Below are positions 9,803 to 18,879 of a stretch of 64,000 nucleotides of DNA, one piece after another. The translations under genes were made by a program, and so were the position numbers. The stretch comes from Bdellovibrionales bacterium (GTDB lineage Bacteria; Bdellovibrionota; Bdellovibrionia; Bdellovibrionales; UBA1609). The stretch is from assembly GCA_965199825.1 (NCBI GenBank), contig OZ241329.1, forward strand, positions 64,001 through 128,000, in the 5' to 3' direction. The number at the start of each line of letters is the position of its first letter. Position 1 is the first letter of the stretch. The notes below the pieces were generated by a model, which was not told the DNA's origin, did not search any database, and saw only the letters and a program-made list of their open reading frames with translations.

Positions 9803-10399
9803 CTAGGGCTTAAAATCGCTACAGTCTGCAGCTCGTCGGATTGCCACAATCTGGTTGTGATAACAAACCGTTTCACATGTGGTGGCCTGTTGTCCGGTGA
9901 CGCTTGAAGTCCACTCTGAATTTCTCAACTCTTTATAGCAAATGTCTGCCCCATCTTGCGATATCGAAACTTGCTCTGCCATCGTCGGAGAACATAAGCG
10001 GACAACTTCAAGATTTTGATTGGTGTCTTTGCTAGCCGCCGATTGCAGTTTTAAAATTCGACTGCAGGGATATTTGGCCAAAGCTTTGAGTTCAATTTGA
10101 AAAGAGCCCGAAACGCAATCCGATACGCCGCCTTCGATCATCTTGTCGTCTTGCTGAACAGACCAACTGATCTGTTGGGCTTTAGCGCAAAGTCCATTCA
10201 ACAAAACAGATTTAGCCGAATCATAAACTTCAAATTTGGTTGAGAGAAACGCAACTTTTTGCTGCGCCAACTCTTCAACTATTTTAACATTTTGGGTTGA
10301 AGAATTTGTGGGCGTGTTCATGGCGCAGTTTTGATACTGCGTCAGAACGATTGTCATTAAACCAACTACAGCTAAGATCGACCATTTTCGTTTAAGCAC
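9803..10399 (-). CDS. Hypothetical exported Cys-rich protein with YQNC-type signal
   Basis: MLKRKWSILAVVGLMTIVLTQYQNC signal; multiple further Cys. Confidence 0.7.
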   Translation of the reverse strand: MLKRKWSILAVVGLMTIVLTQYQNCAMNTPTNSSTQNVKIVEELAQQKVAFLSTKFEVYDSAKSVLLNGLCAKAQQISWSVQQDDKMIEGGVSDCVSGSFQIELKALAKYPCSRILKLQSAASKDTNQNLEVVRLCSPTMAEQVSISQDGADICYKELRNSEWTSSVTGQQATTCETVCYHNQIVAIRRAADCSDFKP

Positions 10400-10586
10400 T
10401 TCTTATCCTGGCGGTTTTTTTTAATCGGCGCAACTTGGAGTTGCTTCTGACTTAGACCTTTGATGAGAACTGTACCTAAAAGAATGGCAGCAATAAGTGT
10501 CATTCTTTAAGTTTAATCTAGTCTGAGGATCATCACCTCAAAATTTTTTTGATGCGTTTTATAATGAGAAATCTTTGGTCAAAGAT

Positions 10587-11813
10587 CTAGTTGCGAGAGA
10601 GCCGAGCTGCATAAAACCCATCACCCGGAGAGGGGGGCAAAATCATTTCGTCTTCAAGTTCAAATTCAGGATGGTTTTTCAAAAAAGTTTGAATCTGATT
10701 CTGATTTTCAGAAGGAAAGATACTGCATGTGGAATAGACCAATTTTCCTTTTGGCTTAACCATTCGGCTGTAACGATCAAGAATTTCGTGCTGAACTTTT
10801 TTGAGTTCCTCACTGGGCTTAAATCCAAACTTCCATTTGGCATCGGGATTACGTCTTAAAACTCCTGACCCAGAGCATGGCACATCCAGCAGCAATCGAT
10901 CGGCCGAACTCTCTAATCTTTTTAAGACCTTTGTAGTGTTGATATGACGACTTTCAACAATACTTGTCTTTGCGCGACGGGCCCTGCGTTTGAGATCTAA
11001 AAGTTTTTTGTCGTGAATATCAAGAGCAAGAAGTTGCCCCTTATTTTTCATAATGGCCGCAAGATGTAGGGTTTTTCCTCCAGCTCCTGCACACGCATCG
11101 ACAACCCTGTGGCCAGGTTCACACAACAAGAAAGGTGCAACTTTTTGCGAATGCAAATCCTGCATTTCAAATAGTCCGTCATTAAATGATTTTGATTTAA
11201 AAATTTGAGCACGGGTTTTTAATTGCAAGGTAGTATGATCAATTTTTTCAACATCAAATCCTTCACCCACCAATTTTTCAAACAACTGATCGCTCGATCC
11301 GAGCAAGGTGTTGGTACGAAGAAAAACTGGTGCTTCACGATTAAGATCACTTAAATACGAATCAAAAGTCGACTGCAGTTCTTCTTTCCCACGTTCATAA
11401 AACCAATTGGACACAGACTCTTTGGATGCGGTCTCAGTCAAAGCCTCCCATCGGGCCTGAAATTCAGGATCAGGTGTCGGAAGCGATTCACCGCGAAAAA
11501 TCTTACGATTAAAATGAAGCCAATTGGCAAGCCATTGTCTTAAATCTTCGGGCTCGAATTGCAGATTAAATCCACCATCGCTACTTAAAAGATCATCAGT
11601 CCAAGTTCCGCCCGAGGCTTCATAGATTCTACGAAACCAACGAACAATGCCGTAGCAAGTTTCGGCAAATAATTTTCGATCGCGACTGCCAAATTTTTTT
11701 TCAGAGCGGAGATAGTGCTCAATTGCTTTATCGGCAAGGCGGCCCCCATTAAAAATATCTTCAAGGGCCATATTAATCGAGCGCACGATTGGATCATGAA
11801 CGAAGTCTGTCAT
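10587..11813 (-). CDS. RsmB/NOP-family RNA m5C methyltransferase
   Basis: FGSRDR, FEMQD, DACAGAGGKT, DVPCSGSG and YSTCS motifs; start at ATG 11813 coupled to the upstream stop. Confidence 0.92.
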   Translation of the reverse strand: MTDFVHDPIVRSINMALEDIFNGGRLADKAIEHYLRSEKKFGSRDRKLFAETCYGIVRWFRRIYEASGGTWTDDLLSSDGGFNLQFEPEDLRQWLANWLHFNRKIFRGESLPTPDPEFQARWEALTETASKESVSNWFYERGKEELQSTFDSYLSDLNREAPVFLRTNTLLGSSDQLFEKLVGEGFDVEKIDHTTLQLKTRAQIFKSKSFNDGLFEMQDLHSQKVAPFLLCEPGHRVVDACAGAGGKTLHLAAIMKNKGQLLALDIHDKKLLDLKRRARRAKTSIVESRHINTTKVLKRLESSADRLLLDVPCSGSGVLRRNPDAKWKFGFKPSEELKKVQHEILDRYSRMVKPKGKLVYSTCSIFPSENQNQIQTFLKNHPEFELEDEMILPPSPGDGFYAARLSRN

Positions 11814-12439
11814 CAAAAAGTGAATACCGTGCCCACGGTTAAAAAGACACTGTTGTATTGGCCCGGGCTTAACAAATGAATATGGTTTTTTAAACCGGTC
11901 TCGATGTTGAATCCGACCCGATCCCAAATATTGAAAAATCTTAAGCCCGCAATAACCTGGTATTCAAAGGAGAGTGCAGAAGAACCATGGATTTGCTTTA
12001 AGAACACACCCAAACCCGCACCTGCTCCAAAATACAAAGGGAACTGGGTTGCGGCATTGGGAAAAATAACCATTGGTAAGAGGCTAAATTTTACTGCATC
12101 ACCCGCATTAAGTTGGTAGGTAAAAAAATCGGCGCGCAAAATCAAATCGAGTGAGCGGGTCCATTCGTTGATAAGATAATCCAAACCAAAATTTATTTTT
12201 CCAACATTATTACCGTTATTTGTTCCCCAATCATATTGTTCCTGGCTCACAAATCCGCCCACATGAAGGCCTAAGTACCTGAGTGATTCGAGGCTTTGAC
12301 GATTTGGCGCGCTATGCTGTGAACGATTTTGAAAATAAGGGTCGGCCTGTTTTTTTTCGCCTGTGTCGGGCTCGTCGTAGACTTGAACCTGTGCAACAAC
12401 TTGCAAACTTATAAAACAACTCAATAATATTTTGAACAT
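11813..12439 (-). CDS. Small outer-membrane beta-barrel protein
   Basis: Signal peptide, alternating beta-strands (LYFGAGAGLG), C-terminal ...GTVFTF. Confidence 0.75.
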   Translation of the reverse strand: MFKILLSCFISLQVVAQVQVYDEPDTGEKKQADPYFQNRSQHSAPNRQSLESLRYLGLHVGGFVSQEQYDWGTNNGNNVGKINFGLDYLINEWTRSLDLILRADFFTYQLNAGDAVKFSLLPMVIFPNAATQFPLYFGAGAGLGVFLKQIHGSSALSFEYQVIAGLRFFNIWDRVGFNIETGLKNHIHLLSPGQYNSVFLTVGTVFTF

Positions 12440-12445
12440 ACCAAA

Positions 12446-12488
12446 ACACTAACCACTCTGTTGACGGGACTCAAGCATCCTTTATACT
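12446..12488. promoter_or_regulatory. Overlapping divergent sigma70-type promoters (nrdR operon on +, beta-barrel/methylase operon on -)
   Basis: + strand TTGACG-N16-TATACT (12461-12488); - strand TTGAGT-N17-TAGTGT (12474-12446). Confidence 0.5.
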
Positions 12489-12510
12489 GCCAAAACGTGA
12501 GATCAAAACC

Positions 12511-12960
12511 ATGAAATGTCCCGAATGCGGTAGCCTTGAAAATCGAGTTTTAGAAACACGGGTTCAACGTGATGTCGAAATCCGGCGTCGCCGTGAATGC
12601 CTGGATTGCCACACACGATTCAGCACTCTTGAAACTGTGGTTGTGCAATTTCCCCATATTGTTAAAAAAGATGGTCGCCGCGAAGCCTTTTCGCGCGACA
12701 AGTTACGGCGTGGGATACAGATTGCATGTAAAAAGCGTCCCGTCAGTATGGCAGAGGTCGAGCAGGTGGTCTTTCGTATTTCAAAATGGGTGGAGCATCA
12801 TGAAAAAGCGGTGCCTGCTCATGCGGTTGGCCAAAAAGTGGTGGATGAGTTGCGTGAACTCGATGGTGTGGCGTACGTGAGATTTGCAAGTGTATATAGA
12901 ACGTTTCAGGATATTGCAGAATTTGTTGAAAGTTTAACTCCCACAAGGCGGCTCGATTAA
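12511..12960 (+). CDS. nrdR: Transcriptional repressor NrdR
   Basis: MKCPEC...IRRRRECxxC zinc ribbon, ATP cone, VAYVRFASVY. Confidence 0.97.
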   Translation: MKCPECGSLENRVLETRVQRDVEIRRRRECLDCHTRFSTLETVVVQFPHIVKKDGRREAFSRDKLRRGIQIACKKRPVSMAEVEQVVFRISKWVEHHEKAVPAHAVGQKVVDELRELDGVAYVRFASVYRTFQDIAEFVESLTPTRRLD

Positions 12961-13379
12961 TGACAACACTAGGATTAAGACGCCAAGCGCGCGAAGTGGC
13001 TCTTCAAGCTTTATTTCAGCTTGAATATTCGCCAGACGATACCTTCGATCGCACGATCGATACCTTTCAGGGAAATTTTAGAGCTCCTCAAGATGTGTGG
13101 CAGTATGCGTCCTCTCTTTTGTCGGGGATTCATTCTCATCATAATGAAATCGATTCGTTGATCGAATCCCAAAGTGCTCACTGGCGCCTTAATCGAATGG
13201 CAATGGTTGACAGGAATTTATTGCGAATTGCGGTTTTCGAAATCCATTTTTCGCGCGGCGAAGTTCCTCCAAAGGTCGCAATCAATGAAGCCATCGAGAT
13301 TTCAAAAAAATACGGCAATACCGATTCGGCATCTTTTGTGAATGGATTGCTTGATCAAATTGCTAAGCGGCAAACTTAA
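12960..13379 (+). CDS. nusB: Transcription antitermination factor NusB
   Basis: RRQAREVALQALF, DRNLLR, VAINEAIEISKKY and FVNGLLD motifs. Confidence 0.97.
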   Translation: MTTLGLRRQAREVALQALFQLEYSPDDTFDRTIDTFQGNFRAPQDVWQYASSLLSGIHSHHNEIDSLIESQSAHWRLNRMAMVDRNLLRIAVFEIHFSRGEVPPKVAINEAIEISKKYGNTDSASFVNGLLDQIAKRQT

Positions 13380-13387
13380 AAAATCAG

Positions 13388-13855
13388 ATGGTACCCCAAA
13401 AACTCTCTCAGGCTGCAGCTCTCAGCCCCGGATCAGACCTTTGGATTTTTGCTCAGCCACGCATCTCTGCGTTTAGTCGTAAAATTGATTTTTATCTTAA
13501 TTTTCAAATGGCCAAGGCTGAACAGAGGGAATTTCCAAGTCTCTCAAAAAAATTAAAAGAAATTATTGAGCAAAATGATTTGGGCGAATTGCTTAAGCCC
13601 ATTCCCACTCCAAATACGATTTTAATTTCGGCCCAAACTCAACTGCCCTGTACACAAGTGGTGGTCATTAACGAAGTCGGCAACAAAGAAAATTATATCG
13701 AGGCTGTCTTTGATATTTGGAAAAAATTGGGAAAACCTTCGGTTCGGGTATTTATGCCGTCTTTTTTGGATGAAGCCGATTTAAAAAATAACAATTTTGA
13801 AACCGTGAGCGGCACATTCACCTATGTGGCGGGGGATCTCGATCTTGATGCCTAA
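13388..13855 (+). CDS. Hypothetical protein (possibly M17 aminopeptidase N-terminal-like domain)
   Basis: In the operon between nusB and ppsR; weak resemblance only (KIDFYLNFQM). Confidence 0.6.
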   Translation: MVPQKLSQAAALSPGSDLWIFAQPRISAFSRKIDFYLNFQMAKAEQREFPSLSKKLKEIIEQNDLGELLKPIPTPNTILISAQTQLPCTQVVVINEVGNKENYIEAVFDIWKKLGKPSVRVFMPSFLDEADLKNNNFETVSGTFTYVAGDLDLDA

Positions 13856-14687
13856 CGGGACAATTTTTATTTTGTCCGATGGCACTGGCGAGACTGCGAG
13901 TACCATGATCCGCGCAGCCCTTGTTCAATATCAAAGTCATGAAATCAATATTGTTCGATGCAAAAATGTTCGAACGCCCGCACAAGTGGAAGCCTTGTTC
14001 GAAGATGTGGTGTCACGTCGAGGATTTGTGGTGCACACGGTAGTGAGCCACGAGATGCGACACAAAATTTTAGAGCTTGCCCAAACAAAGGGAATTTTGG
14101 CGGTGGATCTGCTTGGTCCATTGCTCTCAAAGCTTGATACCTATTTTAGTGTGAGCGATGAAAATGATCATGAGGCCGGACTTTTAAGAACAACCGATGA
14201 GCGCTATTTTAAAAGAATCGAAGCCATCGAGTTTACGGTCAAGCATGATGACGGCAAAAACTATCAACATCTTGATCAGGCCGATATCATTTTGGTGGGC
14301 TTAAGCCGTACAAGTAAAACACCTCTTTCGATTTTTTTAAGTCACAAAGGATGGAAGGTCGCCAATGTCCCGCTGGTTCTGGGCTCGCCAGTTCCACAAA
14401 CTTTGTTTGAAGCGGACCAACGAAAAATTGTGGCTTTAACCATTGATCCCAACAGCCTTGGCCGAATTCGAAAAAAACGATTAGAAAAATTTGGTCAAGA
14501 TCCTGGCAGCACTTACGCCAGTGCCGCACACATCCAACAAGAACTTGATTACGCCACCCAGTTATTTCAACAAAATCGAAAATGGCCGGTGTTTGATGTG
14601 ACTGATCGAGCACTTGAAGAGACCGCCGCCGAAATTGTTCGGGTGGTGGCTTCGCGCATGGACTTGCCCTTTGGGGCCGAAGTTTAG
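13848..14687 (+). CDS. ppsR: Pyruvate,water/phosphate dikinase regulatory protein (kinase/pyrophosphorylase)
   Basis: SDGTGETA, YFKRIEAIEFTVKHDDG, GLSRTSKTPLS and EETA motifs; start ATG 13848. Confidence 0.92.
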   Translation: MPNGTIFILSDGTGETASTMIRAALVQYQSHEINIVRCKNVRTPAQVEALFEDVVSRRGFVVHTVVSHEMRHKILELAQTKGILAVDLLGPLLSKLDTYFSVSDENDHEAGLLRTTDERYFKRIEAIEFTVKHDDGKNYQHLDQADIILVGLSRTSKTPLSIFLSHKGWKVANVPLVLGSPVPQTLFEADQRKIVALTIDPNSLGRIRKKRLEKFGQDPGSTYASAAHIQQELDYATQLFQQNRKWPVFDVTDRALEETAAEIVRVVASRMDLPFGAEV

Positions 14688-15586
14688 TTAAGGCCTTGTT
14701 GTTGGAGCGCGCGATATAAAATATCGACCATTTGATCTCGGCCCAAATTTTTGCGGACATATAAAAACACATCCACCGAATATTTAAGCTCATCCACTTC
14801 GACACGAGTCAGACGACCCATCCGCACTTGCTTGCGAATACTGTGGGCAGGTAAAAATCCCCAGCCCAATCCCGACTCGATCACTCTTTTTAAAGTTCCC
14901 ACATTGTCGGTTTCAAAAACGGGTTGATAGTCCACTTTAAATTCTTGGAGTCGACGCTCCAGAGTGTTTTTAAAGCTGGGATATTTTTCGGTAAATGAAA
15001 CGATCTGATGGGTGGGGAGTGACTTTATGTCACAGCTTGCAGGCACTCCGGTGTCGCGCCCTGAGGCCACGAGCCACATTTCGTCTTTAAACAAAAATCG
15101 TTTTTCAAAATCCTGAAATTCAATTCCGTATTCGCGCTTAAGATCTGGAAGGATAACCATGTCGACACGGTTGTTGCGCATCTCATTAATGATCGAGTCG
15201 CCCGCACCGTAGGTCAGCCGAATTCGCAATTTAGAATTGTGCTTTAAAAATAATCCAACAATTGGCGAAATCAAATAAAGACCAATCGAATTGAGAGTGC
15301 CTAAGCGAAGATTGCCCGAAATTTCTTGTGAAATGGTTTGGATCGCAACTTCGGCCTGCTGAGTAAGATGGAGGATCCGTTTTGCATAATCATATAATAA
15401 CTGACCTTGAAGCGTCGGTTTGACCTGCCGCACCCCCCGCACGAGGAGGTCGACTCTGAGTTCCTCTTCAAGATTTCTAATTTGTTGGGACACAGCGGGT
15501 TGGGTGAGAAATAATTTTTCGGCCGCTGCGGTCATGCTGCCTTCGGAAAGCACAGTGCAAAATGTGGTCAGTTGCTGAAGATTCAT
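14684..15586 (-). CDS. LysR-family transcriptional regulator
   Basis: N-terminal HTH GSMTAAAEKLFLTQPAVSQQIRNLEEEL. Confidence 0.96.
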   Translation of the reverse strand: MNLQQLTTFCTVLSEGSMTAAAEKLFLTQPAVSQQIRNLEEELRVDLLVRGVRQVKPTLQGQLLYDYAKRILHLTQQAEVAIQTISQEISGNLRLGTLNSIGLYLISPIVGLFLKHNSKLRIRLTYGAGDSIINEMRNNRVDMVILPDLKREYGIEFQDFEKRFLFKDEMWLVASGRDTGVPASCDIKSLPTHQIVSFTEKYPSFKNTLERRLQEFKVDYQPVFETDNVGTLKRVIESGLGWGFLPAHSIRKQVRMGRLTRVEVDELKYSVDVFLYVRKNLGRDQMVDILYRALQQQGLN

Positions 15587-15695
15587 TGGGCATATATGCC
15601 AATAAGCGCAATTTTTCGCAAGCGACTTCGGCTTAAGTCGGGATTCTGCAATTGTGGTACTTCTTATTTATCATGCCATTCACTATACTAAATGA

Positions 15696-16430
15696 ATGAA
15701 ACGGTATGTTTGTTTGTTCCTTGGGTTTTTTGCTGTTAGCGCTCACGCCAAACTTTTTCGAAATGCCTATATCAGTTTCGAACTTCCACCAAACTGGAAT
15801 TGCTCGGCTGAGGGAACCTCATGGGTTTGCGTCAATCAGTACGATGCGAAAACCAAAGAGGCCACCATCATGCTCACCGCAAAGGAGGCTGGACCTTCGG
15901 ACTCAACAAATATTTATGAAACCTATCTTCGTACACCTCACGCAATCAAAGCAAGCGATGGTCGAATGCTTCAAGCGACGGTCATCAGCGTAAAACAAAA
16001 TCAGGTGGCGGGCCAAACTTGGATTGATAGCATGCACTCAGCAAGTGAGGTGCCTGGTTACTATACCCGCTACTTAGGTACAGTGCGCGATCGTGTCGCA
16101 ATTTTAATCACCTTTAGTGCTCTCAAAACTCAATTTACAAAATACAGTAATGATTTTATCCACGCGGTCGAAAGCCTTCGAGTCATGGCGCCAAAAGATA
16201 TTTTGGATGAAAAACCAATGATGATGGCCACTCGGGGATCAGGAACAATTGGTGCACCCATCGGAAGTTCACTTCCTGTTGATCTGAACAATGATCAAGC
16301 CCCACCAATGGAAGATTCAAGCGCCTTAGGGCAAGGTGGATCAAAAATTATTGGTATAGTTTTAATTGTAATCGCCATTGCCATATACTTTTTGTTTAAA
16401 TCACGCAAAAAACCCAAAAAGAAAAAATGA
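15696..16430 (+). CDS. Hypothetical exported protein with C-terminal TM anchor (paralog 1)
   Basis: Signal peptide AHA|KLF; C-terminal TM followed by KSRKKPKKKK. Confidence 0.8.
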   Translation: MKRYVCLFLGFFAVSAHAKLFRNAYISFELPPNWNCSAEGTSWVCVNQYDAKTKEATIMLTAKEAGPSDSTNIYETYLRTPHAIKASDGRMLQATVISVKQNQVAGQTWIDSMHSASEVPGYYTRYLGTVRDRVAILITFSALKTQFTKYSNDFIHAVESLRVMAPKDILDEKPMMMATRGSGTIGAPIGSSLPVDLNNDQAPPMEDSSALGQGGSKIIGIVLIVIAIAIYFLFKSRKKPKKKK

Positions 16431-17137
16431 TCAAACATTTTATTGTTGTTGGTGTTTTAATTTTTTCGACTGCTGCATCAGCCAAGGTTTTTAAAAATTC
16501 ATTTATTGAATTCGAACTCAGCGATTCTTGGGGTTGCGTATTGGCTGCGGCCGAGTGGATTTGCAATCCCACGAGCCACACCGAAAGTCGCGAGGCCGCG
16601 CTTGTGATCTCGGCCAAAGTCACCGGACCCGAAGAAAATTTTGAGGCTTTTAAAAAAGGTTTAAAAGAGCCGCGCACCATACAGGCCCGAGTGGGAACCC
16701 CAATACAATCTAAAGTCCTCCAGTTTCGCGAAGTCCTGTTACAAAATCAAAAATGGATTGAGGCTTATCATTTCAATAGTGAGATCGAAGATTTTTATTC
16801 GCACTACCTGGCCACGGTAAAACAAAATCTTGCGGTGATGATTAGTTTTAATGCTCATAAAGCCCATTTTAATAAATACGAATCTATTTACTCAAAAATG
16901 ATCTCCACTCTTAAACTGATCGCCTCAAAGCAAATGCTCGAATCTCCCCTACCTGTTTTAAAAATTGAACAAACTGCGACCCAAGCACCTCCTGCGGTAG
17001 CTGCGGTTGAAATTCCTAAAACTCAAAAGCGACCCTGGTTGTTTTACCTACTTGTCGTTTTGTCAGTCACTATGGTGATTTTGTTTATTTACACACTGGT
17101 TGATTCTGGCAAAAAACCCAGACGTAAGCGCCGCTAA
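16427..17137 (+). CDS. Hypothetical exported protein with C-terminal TM anchor (paralog 2)
   Basis: Signal peptide ASA|KVF; aligns by eye to the previous gene; C-terminal TM followed by KKPRRKRR. Confidence 0.8.
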   Translation: MIKHFIVVGVLIFSTAASAKVFKNSFIEFELSDSWGCVLAAAEWICNPTSHTESREAALVISAKVTGPEENFEAFKKGLKEPRTIQARVGTPIQSKVLQFREVLLQNQKWIEAYHFNSEIEDFYSHYLATVKQNLAVMISFNAHKAHFNKYESIYSKMISTLKLIASKQMLESPLPVLKIEQTATQAPPAVAAVEIPKTQKRPWLFYLLVVLSVTMVILFIYTLVDSGKKPRRKRR

Positions 17138-17175
17138 AACTTGACACAACTCAGTTTCGGTTTCAAAGTGACACG

Positions 17176-17457
17176 ATGGATTTCGACACTACGCTTTATT
17201 TTTTTCGCGATACTTTGACCCAACTGGGTCTTGATTCTTTCCGTCTTTATCTGATCGCCCTGACCCTAGTGATTCTATTTACTTTTAGTTTACGTGAAGT
17301 GTTCCGCTATTTTTCAGGAGTCAGCCAACTTGCTGAGCGATTAAACTCTCTTGAGAATCAAATCGCCGAATTGCAAAAGACCGATAAAAAAAAATTGATT
17401 GAACCCCAAATTCAGAAAGCTGAATTTGCGGCTCGTGAATTTTTAATTCGTAATTAA
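17176..17457 (+). CDS. Small hypothetical membrane protein
   Basis: One TM plus short coiled coil; TTGACA-based promoter upstream. Confidence 0.65.
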   Translation: MDFDTTLYFFRDTLTQLGLDSFRLYLIALTLVILFTFSLREVFRYFSGVSQLAERLNSLENQIAELQKTDKKKLIEPQIQKAEFAAREFLIRN

Positions 17458-18875
17458 CGATTCAGCTGCTGGGCAGTTAAGGCTTCAACCTCGCCAATCG
17501 TTTTTAAATCAGACAAAAGACTTCGAGGTGCAAACACTTGGATCTTCATATTTTGAGGATTGATATGTTTTGCGATCGCCAAATCCACATCTTTTTTGGT
17601 GATACGATCTATGTTTTCAAAATAATATTTGAGGTAATCGTCTTTGATTCCATAAAATCGTAAAATCAATAAGTTTTGGGCAAGACGCTCTGAAGTTTCG
17701 AGCACCTGTGGGAACAAACCTTTTAAGTAGCTCTTTGCACTCGCCAACTCTTGTTCGGTCACACCGGTTTTTTTGAACGTCTCTAAAACCTGAAACGCAG
17801 TTTGAATCAGCTCTTTGGTTTTTTCGATTCGTGTGGGGCTTGAAATCTCAAATGGCCCAACTCCTAAACGGGCGTCAAAATTAGAATCCACCGAGTAAGT
17901 TAAAGCGCGGCGAATTCTTATTTCATCAAACAAGCGCGAGGTAAAACTCATTCCACCAAGAATCGAATTGGCCACTCGGACGGTTAAAAAATCTGGATCT
18001 GATCTCTTGATCCCTTCGCTTCCGATTCGAACTTGGGCTTGCTTTAAATCGGCTCGCTCAATCAAACGGATTTTAAGTCCTTCAATTTTAGGAAAGCTAT
18101 CCACCGGTGGAGGCTTAACTTCCTTAGGTTCCCAATTTTGAGTAAATGTTTCGAGTTGGGTTTGAATATTGGGATCAAAATTGCCAACAACCGCCAAGAT
18201 CGAATTGTTGGGACGAAAGGTATTTAAATATTGGCGAATAATGGTTTTACGAGTCATCGCCTTGATACTTTTTAATGTTCCATGAGTGGGGCGTCCATAA
18301 GGGTGATCCACACCGTAGAGATAAGTTTCGAATGCCTCTGCAGAAAAGTGTTCGGGATCATCAAGCACCTGCCGAATACCCGACAGTGCGCGGCTGCGGA
18401 TCCGCTGAAGTTCGGCCTCAGAAAATGCGGGCTCGGTGAGAATCTCAAAAAAGTTTTTTAAAATAATATCTCGGTGCTGCGACAAGCCTTGTGCTGCAAC
18501 CACGGTGTATTCCTTATCAACATGAGCCGAGAAGCTTGCACCCAGTTGGCCAAAACTATTTGCAATTTGTGAGGCCGATTGATGAACAGTTCCCTGATCA
18601 ATCAGTGCTCCCACCATAAATTGAGCGCCCGGCGAATCTTTAGGATCTGATGTGCTTCCCGACTCAACCAAAAGTTGAAGACTAAATGTCGGCAGGCGAT
18701 CATCGTCGATCAACAAAACTCTTAAACCATTTTTTAGTTTTATTTCTTTAAAGGGATGAACATTGTAGGTCGAAGAATTAAATGTTTTTTGAATTTTGCC
18801 CATTGAAGCGCAGCTCAGAATACCAGTGCAGCTGAAAAAGCCACCTACCGCTAACATTAAAAAAAAATTTTTCAT
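17454..18875 (-). CDS. M16 peptidase, non-catalytic (beta-type) subunit, probable lipoprotein
   Basis: M16 fold, lacks HXXEH, retains SRLFDEIRIRRALTY; AGGAG RBS before ATG 18875. Confidence 0.9.
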   Translation of the reverse strand: MKNFFLMLAVGGFFSCTGILSCASMGKIQKTFNSSTYNVHPFKEIKLKNGLRVLLIDDDRLPTFSLQLLVESGSTSDPKDSPGAQFMVGALIDQGTVHQSASQIANSFGQLGASFSAHVDKEYTVVAAQGLSQHRDIILKNFFEILTEPAFSEAELQRIRSRALSGIRQVLDDPEHFSAEAFETYLYGVDHPYGRPTHGTLKSIKAMTRKTIIRQYLNTFRPNNSILAVVGNFDPNIQTQLETFTQNWEPKEVKPPPVDSFPKIEGLKIRLIERADLKQAQVRIGSEGIKRSDPDFLTVRVANSILGGMSFTSRLFDEIRIRRALTYSVDSNFDARLGVGPFEISSPTRIEKTKELIQTAFQVLETFKKTGVTEQELASAKSYLKGLFPQVLETSERLAQNLLILRFYGIKDDYLKYYFENIDRITKKDVDLAIAKHINPQNMKIQVFAPRSLLSDLKTIGEVEALTAQQLNR

Positions 18876-18879
18876 CAAA

